From positions 53,575,741-53,639,740 of the forward strand of contig CM041465.1 in the NCBI GenBank assembly GCA_023213395.1: DNA of 64,000 bases. Direction: 5' to 3'. Shown in pieces: positions 49,194-63,004 of the stretch; position 1 is the stretch's first letter, and each line of letters opens with the position of its first letter. A program made the translations under genes and the position numbers. The DNA comes from Cycas panzhihuaensis. Its lineage: Eukaryota > Plantae > Cycadophyta. The notes under the pieces are model-generated. The model did no database searches, was not told the DNA's origin, and was given only the letters and a program-made list of their open reading frames with translations.

Positions 49194-52100
49194 GTAGAGA
49201 AAGAGAGCATAATAGAAAATGAGAGTTCTATGAGGGTGTTACCCCTCAATATGATGCCACAAATCATATTAGACATCTCACTTTGTTAATGGTATGAAGT
49301 ACACTTCTTTGTTCATCCAACATAATTACACACCTTAAATGACATGAATATAACACATTCACAAGTAATAAATAATTCTAATAAGTAGTGCCAATGTTTA
49401 TTCGATTTTTAAAATGTATTGACAAATCAAAATAATGTAAAATAACAAAGTATGCACTTTGAGTTTAGCAAAGTTAGCCAAAAGATCAAAATGCATGGAG
49501 GAATTTGTACTATGTATATGACATGATCAAACACTTACAAATTGATATCCCTCCATGGGAATTATTGCCGTAATACTTAGATGTACATCCTTAGTTAAAC
49601 AATAATCATAGTAAGCAATACAAATGTTGCTTTACCTTTTAGAATGTGTAAACTAGTCAATATGGTATAGCATGATATAAGAGTTATAAATTAAAGAAAA
49701 TAACCTTTATGACCCATTGAAGGCAATCCTAATAACAATTTTGTATTAAGTGCTCTCTCTCTCTCTCTCTCTACATGCACCAATCTAAATTATTATCAAC
49801 AATATTCCATGTTAATGGGGCTAAGTAAAGGTCTATAGATTCATAAATATTCCTAAGGTATAAGATTGTAGATTCTTATCGATAAGACACTTGGAAAATA
49901 GTGTATCACTTGGTAACTCCTAGAATTACATATCATTCTATTTCTAAAAGAGGCATTGGATGCATATAAGCATGATGGGATTTCAACTAGTAAATTAGTG
50001 TTATACTCATGAATTATTCATGGCAGGTCTCCACAATCCACCAATATATGCATTTAATAATGAGAATGGAAGTTTAACTTCATAATTGTAAAGCAATAGT
50101 CTAGCTAGAATGGTTGGAACTATTTTTCACACTAAAAAATACAAAATTATTCTATTAAACATAATTGGGTGGATGGGACTATATCCATGACTGATTTTAT
50201 ATGGCATTAATCTTGAGCACTGAGATATGTTCATAGGTAAATAAGGAAACAATTCTATTAGGATTTAGAACTTATATTCATAATTCACTTAATCATCATC
50301 TCATTATTAATACCTCTTCATTGCCAAGTTGAAACATTTAAATAAACTTCGATGTGAAACTACCTACTTAAAAACCACTCAATGTAGAACTATATTGACA
50401 AAAACATTAATGTCAAATAGGCATTAACCTAATAATACTTCCCCATAATGACCACTTTGAATTATACCTAACATATCTCTAAATTTATAAAACTCAATTT
50501 CTATTTGTGTTTTTGTGAAGATATCTATGACTTACTCATCAGTGTTATAATAAACCATCTTGAACTCTCCTTACTAAACTAACTCTTTGCTTCCTTAATT
50601 TTGGGCCTCCTCTCCAAAATCTAGGAATGTTAGATATGATTTCACTCTTAATAGTTCTATATACATTAAATCACATATTGTTTCTTATCATTTATTTAAT
50701 GTTGCATATGATTGGGTATTTGTTTAGATTGCTTATGTATATTGTACCTCTCTCTCACTAATGATATAAAAGGGATCCATTCTCTATAACATATATTTAA
50801 TTATGGAGCTACAACCTTGTAAGTTGAATTGCATTGTACTCATTACTCTCTTGATTGCCTTTGTTGCACACCCATTGCCATTGTTTCATACACATACTTC
50901 ATTTGCCATTATTTCACACCCTTCTTTGGCTCCTTTGAATGTCTATTTTGCATTAACGCAAGCCTATACTCCTTTGAGTTGGCTTATGTGGGCTAAAAAA
51001 AGGTTAAGATCCCCTCTAAGCTAAGTATCTTGTGAGTTAAACATGAGTCTATCCACCTCTATGCAATTCATTTTGGACAACACAAGCATTTTCTATGGTT
51101 TTTCACACTTTTAATTTCTTTTATAATTTTTACCTTAATGTTAAATGAAATTATTTATAGCACCTATGCCATTATGTAAGTCTCTTAAAGTAAATATGAA
51201 TTGATACTCATGGGTTAAAATTGAATATTATATGAGGGAGTTATTCCCCTTTTACAACTTAAATTTTTTCTATGATCATACTTTCCACTTCTTGAGGCTG
51301 ATGTCATAATTATCCCTTTAAAAAACTGACTTTAGGATGATTTTGTTGCTCATTTTATGGGTTTATTTATACTTTCAATATCTTTCATTGAGCCAATTTA
51401 TCCTAATTCAACCTTATTCTCTCAAATTAAGTTTAGAATCCCTTTCCTTGTTTACTTATAGTTAAACAAGGCACTAGTTATTTAATTTCTAATATGTTTT
51501 TATTGTTAAATCAATGATTGGTGCATGCTTTGCTTTACTATATTTGTAGTACTAATTCATTATTTTTATTGATATTTGTCATACCATAGTTCTCTCTATT
51601 CATACCACATATCTATTAAATAACTCCTATAATATTACTTTGTTTATATTATACATCATTAATACATAATCTATAATATTACTGCAAGTCACATATTATT
51701 CGTGGTATTATCTATCATGCACCATGACTCTCTAGTATACTTCACATGATAATGATGTACTTGTTACACTATATTTCAATAGTATGTTTTATTTTTGTAG
51801 AACAATTTTAGTGCTATGATTTAAATTCATATATTTTTATTAATTTTACTTTTTTTTTATTTAAGTTTTATTTTCCTAAATTTGATTTGACAATCTTTAA
51901 TTTCTAAATTTTATTTATACATTGCCTATCATCACTCTTAAATTTATTCTTTTACTTGTTTGATTCTCTCTCTCTCTCTCATTTCATCTTGTTGAAGTGA
52001 CTATCAAGCGCACTCATATAGCCTTATCCTAATCTTAAGGCAACATTTCTATCTCTTTTTATTTAGTTTTCTCTTGTATTATCTTATAGAAAGAATAAAT

Positions 52101-54140
52101 CTGGATAAGAAAAAAAGTTGTTTGCTCTCATTTATCATCACTTAAAGAGACCTCTCATGCAACAAATTAGATAGGATCCTCTTTATCTTGTTTACTTTAT
52201 TGCAGGTCTTTCATTTGATTGATGATTACAAAGGAAATAAAAGAAACAAATTAATTGATTTATTTTGGAAGAATATACAAAATAAATTGATGTGGTAAAA
52301 AAAATGTTCATCAAAGATAGCTTATTTGATCTCTGTAAATACCTTCATATTTGCACATAAATATGCTTTCATCACTCATAGGGATTGTATTTCTTATTCA
52401 ATGACTTTATATTTCTTTCTTCTAGGGTTTTATCTTGGCTCTAGGCATTTCTATAGATTAAAAGAATATGACCTAAATTAGAGTAAAACATTATGGTGAT
52501 CATATTAGACATCACTTCATTATCTTATCTTCTCTCACATAACATCATCTTTATTAATGCTTCCTTAGTCTTCTTTCACTCATTAAACATTGCATTCCAT
52601 TATGAAGATCACTTTATATTTGTAAGATAATATTTTAGAGTCTATATCTAGGAATTCCCATGTTATGATTGTTGCAACAATCATTCATGGGTTTCACCTG
52701 TTAAATATTTCTTTGGAGTGGGCACTTTTTTGTTCCCTTTATTTTTAGACTGTGATTTCAACCAATCTCACTATTAATATTCACTACACACAATTAAAAT
52801 TCTCTATTGTGCCATAGTCTTCATATAAAACTTATCCTGAAACCTCTCTTATAATTATGTATAATCCTTTTACTAATAAGACACTTATAGGAGATGTTCT
52901 TAAGCATAAATATACACAGGTTTCTCCCTATTTTACCTTTCTTAAAACATGAAGTTGGTTCACGGTCTCCACCTCTTTCACCTTCACCAAAAGTTGAAGT
53001 TGAGTTACCCTTACAATCTATTTACTAGATAGCTCTTTAAGTTCCTTAGATTCCTTCTTCTAAGTGACTCCATATTACATTATGGTTATTTGCTTTAAAC
53101 TTACAAGCTCTAGTAATGTACATCAAATCCAAAACTTAAAACTCACAAAAGTTCAATATAAAAATCAACCTTGAAGTGTTATGTCATTCTTACTATTAAT
53201 ATTTTTTGGTCCTTATGTAGTTATTCAAATGATGGTTTTGATATTCAACATACTTAAAAATCAACTAGGACAAGTCTTAACTCAAGCAAGATTTAATTTC
53301 TCTTCTCAACTTGTCTCATCTCAAAACATTTCCTCATACAATCTTATGGCATCAAAACCTAGGGGGGTAGCCATATTTAATCAAGGTTTAAATTCTCTTA
53401 TGCAAGGAAGTCACACATACTTATCAACTTCTTCTATCAAAATATCAAGTTGGCCCTATTAATATTTGGAGCCTCTTATGTAAGGTATCCCATAACTCAA
53501 AACCATTACTTCATTGATAAATGTACTCCTTGCTTATATAGATACACCAATCCTTAGTGTACTCTTTATGGCACAAAGAGTCACTCTAATGATTAATGTT
53601 GGATCCTTCATAAGATGGATTTCCAACATTACCAACAATAATAACAACCCACTCACAATAATAATATGAAGAGATAAAAAATAAAATAATCATCATGATT
53701 CCCTAATTTGGTCTCCTAAACTCGAGTCTTCTTCTACATCTTCTAAAGAAGTGAACCCTTTGCCTAATAACAAGTACATTATTTCTCTTAAAGAACATAT
53801 TCCTTACACTAGTAAAGGAAAATAGATAATTGCTTAAAACTTTTACATATGGCCTCCTCTGTAATGAAGATAAATAATGATATGTTGCCTCTTATTTTCA
53901 TACCCCTAAAAATTAGTCTATACGAATGTAGTTTATGAAATGTTTAATAGATAGACCAAATATAAATCTTTAGATTATCAAGAAGGGATGTTTTATAACA
54001 AATTATACATTAAGGTCTATTTAATATATAAGAAAACATTTGAGAAAAACTCTATTTTTCCTTTATTAGTTATAAGGGCCTATTTTGGAGATGTTGAGGA
54101 TGATCGAAGAGAAAAATATATAGAATAAGAATGTGAGAAA

Positions 54141-57100
54141 TGTCAAAGGTTCAATACGACAATTGTTGAATGCTTTACACTTTATTGATTAATCATTTGA
54201 TTGTATATATACAATTGTGGAGAAGGTATAAATGATAACCGCTCAATAAGTGTGTGCCACTTATCACCTTCAGAGAGGAGAGAAGGGTTAAGGACCCTCA
54301 ATAAAATACATTAGGAACGCATCATAACCCTAGATAAAACATTAGCTTCTACAATCCCTCTTAATGCTTTTTCTATCTTAATCCTAACTAATTTATAAAG
54401 AAAAAGAAATTTTCCCTTCCAAGAGATTTGGTAAGAACTTTAGTTGTTTCTTCTCCTGAAGTATAATGTTGAAGTTTAATTTCTTTATTCTGTACCTTTT
54501 CTCTAATGAAGTGATGGTGCACTTGTATGTGCCTTATTCTTGTATGAAATACTAGGTTCTTTGTCATTTTGATTGTGCTTTGATTATCACAAAATATTTG
54601 AGTAGGCATAACTTACTTTTGTCCTAGATCATTCAGGAGTTGTCTGATCCATACTCCTTTGTATGTTGCATTGACTGCTACCTTGTATTCAACCTCTATT
54701 GAAGACAATGCAACTATGTGTTACTTTTTGCTACTCCAGAAGATCAATGATTCCCCTAGGAAGAAATAGTACCCTGATGTAGATTTCCTATATATTTTAT
54801 TTCCAGCCCAGTCTGAGTCATAAAACCTAGTTAGCTACATATTATTCTCTCTTTTATATTCTAATCTAAGACTTCTTGTTCATTTTAAGTATTGTAGGAT
54901 TCTCTTTGTAGCATTCTAATGAGGGACTTTAGGATTTTCCATAAACTTGGAGACTATACCAACTACATATGAAATGTCAAGCCTCATAGCTATGAGATAA
55001 ATTAGGCTTCTAATCAATTGTCTATATATGGCTATATCAACTAGTTATGCTTCTTGTTATGTGCTTAGTATAATTCCAATTTCTATTGGTGTAGTGACAC
55101 TATTATAGCTATCCAATTTGAATTTCCTTAATAAATTTTTGACATATCTAGAATGTGAAAGAATAATAGAGTGATTGTTTTGTTTTATTTCTATACCAAG
55201 GTAGTATGCAACATTCCTAGGTCTGTCATTTCAAAAACCTTCTCAAATCATTTTTTGTTAAATGTTATTAAATCCTTGTCATCTCCAATAATCAACATAT
55301 CATCTACATATGCCACTATGGAAGATGTTAAGCCCTTCTTAGATTTTACATATAGACTGTGATCCGATTCACATCAATGGAAGCCATTTTGAGTGAGATA
55401 TGAGTCCAGCTTGGTGTACCAGGCTCGTAGCGCTTATTTGAGACCATACAATGATTTTCTTAATTTGCAGACCATATTTTCTTATCCTAATTTTATGTAT
55501 TCTTTAAGATGATACATATACACTTCTTCCTACAAATCCCCATTTAGAAACACACTTTTAACATCCATTTGATAGATCTTCCATTCTTTTTGAGCTACAA
55601 TTATGATTACAATTCTTACTATATTTAGTTTTTCTATTGGAGAGGATATTTCTTCATAATCAATTCTAGTTGTCTATGTGTAGCCTTTTGCAACTAGTAT
55701 TATATTGTATTTCTCAACTTCCCCATTTGGCTTTTCCTTTATTTTGTACACCTATTTACAATTTACAATAGGCTTATCTTTAGGAGCTGGCACCAAGTCC
55801 CATGTTTTATTTTTATATATGGCTTTAATCTCTGTGTCCATTGCCACTTTCCAGTCTTGAGAGTTACTTACTTCTTCATAAGAGATTGGTTCGATGGAGC
55901 ACACTAAGGCTTGTGGTTTCTAAGATTTGGTTTGATGTTCAAATATTTCTCTCTTTGTTTGCTCAAGGGTCTTGAGATACCATTTCGGTACTCGTTTTAA
56001 GGAATGTTCTTGTGGTGACTTAGTTTCTTCATTTGAACCACTGTCTTGTTGCATATTCGATAGATGAGTGCCAGAATCATCTACTTGTTGGTTATCTAAA
56101 GTCATTTCCTCTAAAGTGTCATTTTTTGCTTTAATGCTCTCGGAGGTAATGTTTGATTTATCTTCTAACTGAATAGTTTGTGGGTTTTTATCATCAATAT
56201 TTATTTATTGAGGCACTATTTTGTCAAGTTCTTTTTTCTTATCAAAGATTACATCCCTACTTACATATAGTTTGTTTGTTTTTAGATTAAGACATTAGTA
56301 TGATTTTGAATGACTACTGTATCCAACCATTATGCCTTCTATACTTTTATTATCCAACTCAATACTTTTCTTATCATGGATGTGAACATACGCTTTGCAA
56401 CCAAAAATCTTCAAATGACTTATATTAGACTTATGTCCTATCCATTCTTCTTCAGGTGTTACATTGTCTAGTGACTAAGTAAGACTTCTATTAATTAAGT
56501 ATACAATTGTATATATAACTTCTGCCCAATATTTCTTAACTACCCTACTATTATTTAGCATGCATTAAGCCATTTCTACAATAGTTCTATTCATTCTTTC
56601 TATAATCCCATTTGATTGAGGTGTATAGGGAGTTGTAAACTACTTACAAATTCCATAAGTTTTGCACAAATAGAGGAATTCATTAGATGTAAATTCCCCC
56701 CTTTATCTGAACATATCTATTTAATTTTCTTACTACTTTCTAATTCAATTTCTACCTTGAATTCTTTGAACTAACTAAATGGCTCTAATTTGTTGGAAAG
56801 AAAGTATACCCATGTTTTCCTTAAAAAACCATTAATGAAAGTTAGGAAATATCTTACCCCATTTATTGAAACTAGTGTGAATAGTCCATATAGATCAGTA
56901 TGTACCAGGTCCAACTTATTTTGTGCACGTCATGTGTTTTTTTAGAATAGACTCCTGTGTTGCTTTCCCATCATACAGCCTTTGCATACAAAATAATTAA
57001 AAGAAATATCTGGTAAATCATTCATCATCTTAAATTTCTTTAATTTTTCAAACCTATCATGAGAGATATGACCATACTTCAAATGTCATATTTCATTAGT

Positions 57101-57985
57101 ATTAATACTAGTTACAGTAAGAGACTTTACATCATAAGGTGTTTTAGTGGGGCCTTTATCAGGTAGTACAGGAGTGGAGAGAAGTTTATACAGCTTATTA
57201 TACTTTTCTCCTTTGGCTATTATAGTGCCATTATTTTTTATATCAAGGATGTAACAAAAACCAAATTAATGAAATACTATTCTCATTTTTTGGTCACTTA
57301 ACTGAGACACTAATAGGAGATTCTTCTTCATTCCTGGTATAAAGAAGACATTGCCTATGCATTGAACTTTTCCATTAATTCCTATAGCAATTTGTCCTAT
57401 TCCTTTTATATGCAAAGGAAAATTGTCTGCTAACTCAATAGATTTGTTAATGTCATAAGGTTTGATGACTTCAAACCACTCTTCAATGCCTGTCATATGA
57501 TGTGAAGCTCCTGAATCAATGTACTAATTTTCTGTTACTCTAGCATTTGTGGTTAATGTTGTGATGAAGGTTGTTTTGACTTCTTCTTCTACTGTGTCTT
57601 TTTCTTTACTGTAATTTCTAGTCACCTATTGTTTTCCTTTTTGAATTTCGGCTTATCTCTGGTAGCACTAGTATGGAAAAAGACATGTTTGTCTGCAATG
57701 AAGAAAGGCTTCAAAGGCTCTACAATTACTTGAAAAATGGCCTGGTTTGTCACAGTTGAAGTAAACTCTAGCATCTCATGGTGGGTTTCTTCCTTGTCCT
57801 CTTCCTTTAGTTGAGCGTCCCTATAAGTAGTTGGTGCTCTTCATCATAACCTTGGATTAGGTTGTCATTATCCTCTACCTCCTAAGTGGAGTTTTGTGCC
57901 AAATGCTTCTTCAACTTTTTAGTCTTCTTCATATCTTTGGATTCTCTATTCTTGACTTAACATATGACCTATAAGGACATCAAAA
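54141..57985 (-). mobile_element. Duplicated, 5'-truncated copy of the 16638-22093 copia
   Basis: Same flank and AGAAA before LTR 54141-54353; colinear pol remnants; cut within gag. Confidence 0.95.
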
Positions 57986-58661
57986 CGAGTAGTCATATAA
58001 TTTTGTTTTATCCACTATGGAGAGAGAACTAGCCCAAAAAAATCCAGGAAAGAAGTAAGAACCTCAAAAAATTGATAAAAATTTGATTAAATCCTTATAA
58101 AACCTTGATGAAACTTAGATATAAACACTCCAGATATGTGATGGGTTGTATATGTTAGTAGAGGCTACAAAAATCTAGAAACAATTTGAAAAAATAGAGT
58201 GCACAAATGAAAATAATAAAAAATTTTAACAAAATACTATATAAGCTATTGATATAATGTTTTAAAATGAATACATATTAAATGAAAAGCTTGCCATGCT
58301 TTATACAAACTCACTTTGATACTAAGTGAAAGTTGTAATGGAGATAGAATAGAGTAGGTACAATAGTATTCAAGCCATATTCAAAACCATATTCAAACCC
58401 ATTATCAATCAATTTTGTATATTATTAACAAATTTTGCATAGATTAGTGGTGTTGATGAACACTGTGGGTTTTGAGCCCAATAAATTTATATTCAAGAGG
58501 TGGGTGGGAGCTTGCCTCAACCTCCAAATTCAAAATATAATCAAATAATAAACAACTTAAAATAAAATAACATCACTTTATCCAAGTGATGATTAAGGGC
58601 ATCTCACATGGTTCTAAGATATTTTCATAAATAAATAAATATAACAAACATTAACCCAATA
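57986..58661 (-). mobile_element. Duplicated 5' end (leader, decayed PBS, LTR 58327-58661) of the 29911-39023 element
   Basis: Colinear with 38346-39023. Confidence 0.88.
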
Positions 58662-60828
58662 GAGATTATATCCCATTGAAGAGGTTTTTATCTATAAGGA
58701 GGATATTGAGTACCAATAAAGACTATTTTATGGACTATTCTAAGTGTGTTGATTAGATGTTGAGGTTGGGCAACTTCTTGTAAGCTTGCATCCCAAATTT
58801 TCCTTATAATGAGTGTTATGCCTATATGAGACTAAACTGGGGCTTATTTGTGTGATTGTTGGACTGTATGTTGGTAGTTTTGCTAGCCATAGTGGTGTAG
58901 TTAAGTTGTGAGGGCTCGAGAGGACTTGCACAAGAACCTATTCTTTAAAGTGATTTGAAGTTGTTCTAAGAACCTACTCTTTGTGCCTAATTAATGACCT
59001 ATTATTATAGTCATTTCTAAAATATTTGAAGCTACATTTTGCTATACTTTTTAATGCACATTTATTAGACTAATTTCATTATCCTTTGAGATATATTTAG
59101 GGATATTTCTATCAATGATTTTCAAAGTTTAAAGGGCTATTTTGATGTTATTAAATGCTATTTTAAAGCATGTTATGAAGTTATTCCAAGGTTATTTTAA
59201 GGCCTATTTTTAGAGTTTGAAGCTACTATAGAACCTATTTTTTTGAAGTTATTAGAAGGTTATTTTGATGGTGTTATGAGGTTATTTTGAAGCCTATTAA
59301 AAGTTTCTAAAGTTTCTTTTTTAATGCTATTTTGGAGATGCAAAAAGGATTGCTTGAAGATTATTTTATTTAAAGAAGTTTACAAGTATTTTGTAATAGG
59401 TTTATTGCAGAGCTTTGATTTAAAAGAAGGGGTTATTTTCAAGATGCTCACAAGTATGTTTTGTAGTAGATATAATGGACATTTTACATGCAAGTGGTAC
59501 CATAAATATATACATGCATAATTATCATAATGAAGATCACATCTATGAAAGATATATTATTTTGTTTTGTCATAGAATGAACATATATAGTTGGTGTGTA
59601 GTAACCTCCTTGCATTCTAGTGGGTAGATTACAACAAAGTTGTTGGAAATAGTTGAGGGAGTTTTTTCATGCTTTTTGGAAGCTAGAGATTGCTCTGTAT
59701 TCTTAAAAAATAAAGTATCCATAGTTAAGTAGCCTATTCTTTCAAAAAAATGATAAACAAGGGGAGTTTACATGTCAAAATACATGTCTATTTTAGTAAA
59801 TCCTACAGAGTTAAAAAAGAAAAGTTTATTTAGGCTTTTGAATTTGTCACACTTGAATTTTATATATATTGTAAAGCATGAGGTTCTACCCCCTCAAATA
59901 TATAGCCTCCTTATGTTATTACTACATTGAAAAAATCCAAAAAAAAAAAAAAAAGTTTTGAGAATATATTTGCGGCCTTCAATATTTAGCTTATGATATA
60001 TGTATGGAAAAAAAAAACAAAAAGACATGTAGTAGAATAATACTTAATGATAACATAGGTGGCAACCCTTAAATGTGAGGCCCTAGAAGATATGGAGTTG
60101 TTCTTGGTGAGAGCTAAGAGAAAAGGTATTATCCATGGCTAGTTGTTTAACCACCACCTGTGTATATATGTGGATGTATAAGTGTCATTGTCTACAATCA
60201 CCTGACCTGTTACACTCGATCATGAAGTTGTTCACACCATAAAAGATTGATGCTACCACATAATGAATAGATAAAAAATTGAGTAGAGGAAAAAATTATT
60301 ACAATTAATAGAGTTCCCTTAATCATTCTCAACTTGTATCATTCACTATGAAGATCATATGGGAGCTCGACCCTTTGTGTAATTATATAATGAAGAAAGA
60401 GAATGATTGATTAATGATTTAATGCCATGTTGGAAAAATGAACATGGAGTTATGACATCATGTTAGAAAATGAATTTTCTATGAAAATAAAAGATGAAAT
60501 ATGGTGAGTGAATGATAAAGCAATAAGGCACAAGAGAGACTAAGCATATACAAATTAACACAAAGAAATGAAAGAATGACCAAATCTCAAATTATAATGA
60601 AGAATGATGTATATACTTATAGTACAACTCACCACTTATAAAAGAACCCTCATTAGTCAATATTGTAGGTTGGCAAACTTTTTTGTGTGGCACATAACTT
60701 AAGAAGACCTTAAATATAAAATATAAATAAATCTAAAGAGTTTGAATAGGGACAATTATGTAATTGGGTAGTACACCTAATAGTAACCCCTTACATGACT
60801 ACCATGTCCCTTCACTCATGGTTGGGAT

Positions 60829-61464
60829 GTTTTTTTTTTTTGATAAGGTTTAAATAATGGGGGTTTTGGAGAGGCCCCAATACCTTTACATCATCTTCCA
60901 ATTAGGCCTTAAAACTATCGTGACAAGCCCACGACCTAGCTAATCCCTACCCCAATTCATACAAATTACCCTCCTTTACCATTAACAAGCCCAATGGTTG
61001 ACTTAGTAATCTTGCCTGATATCCAAACCATCTAGATCCTTCCTAACCAAATCTAGAATCCTTTCAGGAGTTATGTCCTTCTAGAGCTCATATCTTTTAG
61101 TCTGAACTCCCCAATTGGCTAGCTCGTATGCAACTCCATCACCTTCTCTATAAGTGTGGGTCATCTAATAATCATCTCTACTTTTTAGAATCTTCTTGAC
61201 ATCATTTATCTAAGTTCTATATCTCTAATTAGGATTGGAGTCCCCCTTAATTAACTTTATTATGTTGAATGAATCACCTTTTACAATGACCCTATCATGG
61301 CCTTCCTTTATAATCAGGTCAACAACTTTACACATAGCTTCTAGCTCAGTGTAATAATTTCTTTGGGAACTGTAATAGTCTACAAAAGCCCAAATCACCT
61401 TTCCTTTTGCATTCCTGCACACCCCACCACCCTCCACTTCTCCAGGGTTACCTTTCACAGCTCC
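60829..61464 (-). mobile_element. Duplicated 3' end of the L1 LINE
   Basis: T-run 60829-60841; ORF 61225-61458 RNase H-like, paralogous to 41613-41846. Confidence 0.9.
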
Positions 61465-63004
61465 ATATGGCTATGCTTGTACCCATTTTGTCATATAATC
61501 AGTTTCCATTAAGATATCATGGGCTTGAGATCATCAGGTAGCTAACTTGATAGGCCCTTCAAAGTCAAGTCTCCACTTCTCAAATGGGATGAGTAGGAGA
61601 ATTGATTTGAGAGGTTCATAATCTTGTTGACTTGGCTTCCCCACTCTTTGCCAATATTTATGCTTTTAATCCAATTCTTCACATCTTTAAACATTATGGG
61701 CCACTAAAAGCTAGTTGATACCACCTTTCTCTAAGTGGGTATCTTCCCTATGTGATCTCCTACTATTCCTTCATGTGCTTGGGCCATGATTTGTTTAGTC
61801 TCATGTGGCTTAACACAATAATGAAGTACCATATCTTGCCCAAGCTGATATAACTCCCCCTAGATTAGTCAATATTAATTGGCTTTGTGAATAAAATTAT
61901 TATGCTAAGTCTTTTTAATTTTAGGTGGTAATTCTCCTTTTTCTAAATACTCCAAAATCCCTTTATACCACTCAGTCATAACTACCTCTATGCCAAATAG
62001 TACTACATTTAGAAAATTATTAGATACTCCTATAACTTCTTCCCCATTATCAATTCTTGAGAGTTGGTTAGGCATTGCATGTGCTTTTCTATGTTTGACC
62101 ATTATTTTAAAAGAAAATTCTTAGAGTAACATAAGTCATCTATTAATCTTCCCTCTCATTATGGGTTTATTTACTAGATACATTATGGTTTAGTCATCCA
62201 CAAAGAATATAAATTGATTGGATAATAGATAATATTAAATTTTCTACAATATATTCACCATCCTAAGTCCTTCTTGTTCAGTTGTAGCGTAGCTCTATTA
62301 TGCTCATGTCAATTTCCAACTTACGAAGTAGATAGGATGATCCAACCCCTCATCATTGGGTTGAGCCTAAATGCATCCAATTATGTATTGTGATACATCT
62401 ATATGATAGCCATTTTTTGGGACTCAAATACATCATGTTAGATAATATCCAACTCCTAATCCATATCTTTTCTTAATAATTCTTCAAATGGACTAGAGAT
62501 ACATTCATATCCTCTAATAAACTTTCCATAATATCTAGTTAACCATAAAAAACCTTTCAATTGTTTCCTTATAAGGGGTGTTGGAAAGTGCATAATTGTT
62601 GATACCTTTGCTTGATCTGTTAGTAATCTATCATGACTCATAATATGCCCTAGCAAATTCTCGAATGGTATGAAGAAAGTACCTTTTTTTAAAGCAAAGG
62701 TTATGCTCCCTATAAGTCTGCAACATTTCTCATAGGTTGTCCATATGATTTTTCATTAATCCATTTAATGTCTAGTCATTGAGGAATGCTACTATATTCT
62801 CCCTAATTATTTTTTAAAAAACATTTATTACAACTCATTAGAATATGGCTAATGCATTAGTAAGGCCAAAGGGTATTATTCGATATGCATAAGATTCCCA
62901 TTCAGTTATGAATGATGTTATGGATTGATCCTTTTAGGTAATTTACACCTGATTATATCTACTAAAGCTATCTATAAATGAATACACCTCATTTCCTATT
63001 ACCA
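61465..63004 (-). pseudogene. Ty3/gypsy pol remnant (RT, RNase H, integrase N-terminus), non-chromovirus type
   Basis: Manual translation YSFIDSFSRYNQV...FITEWESYAYRIIPFGLTNA; ORF 62456-62656 LGHIMS...KQLKGFLWLTRYYGKFI; integrase TDYMTKWV near 61490-61520. Confidence 0.88.

Larger units (their letters stand above)
48310..61464 (+). repeat. Tandem segmental duplication, copy 2, with a large internal gap
   Basis: Colinear with 10408-20490, then jumps at ~57985 to the equivalent of 38345. Confidence 0.95.

Noticed and set aside
53181-53462. 93-aa ORF in copy 2
   Set aside because: The paralogue near 15352-15632 contains stops; no recognisable domain.
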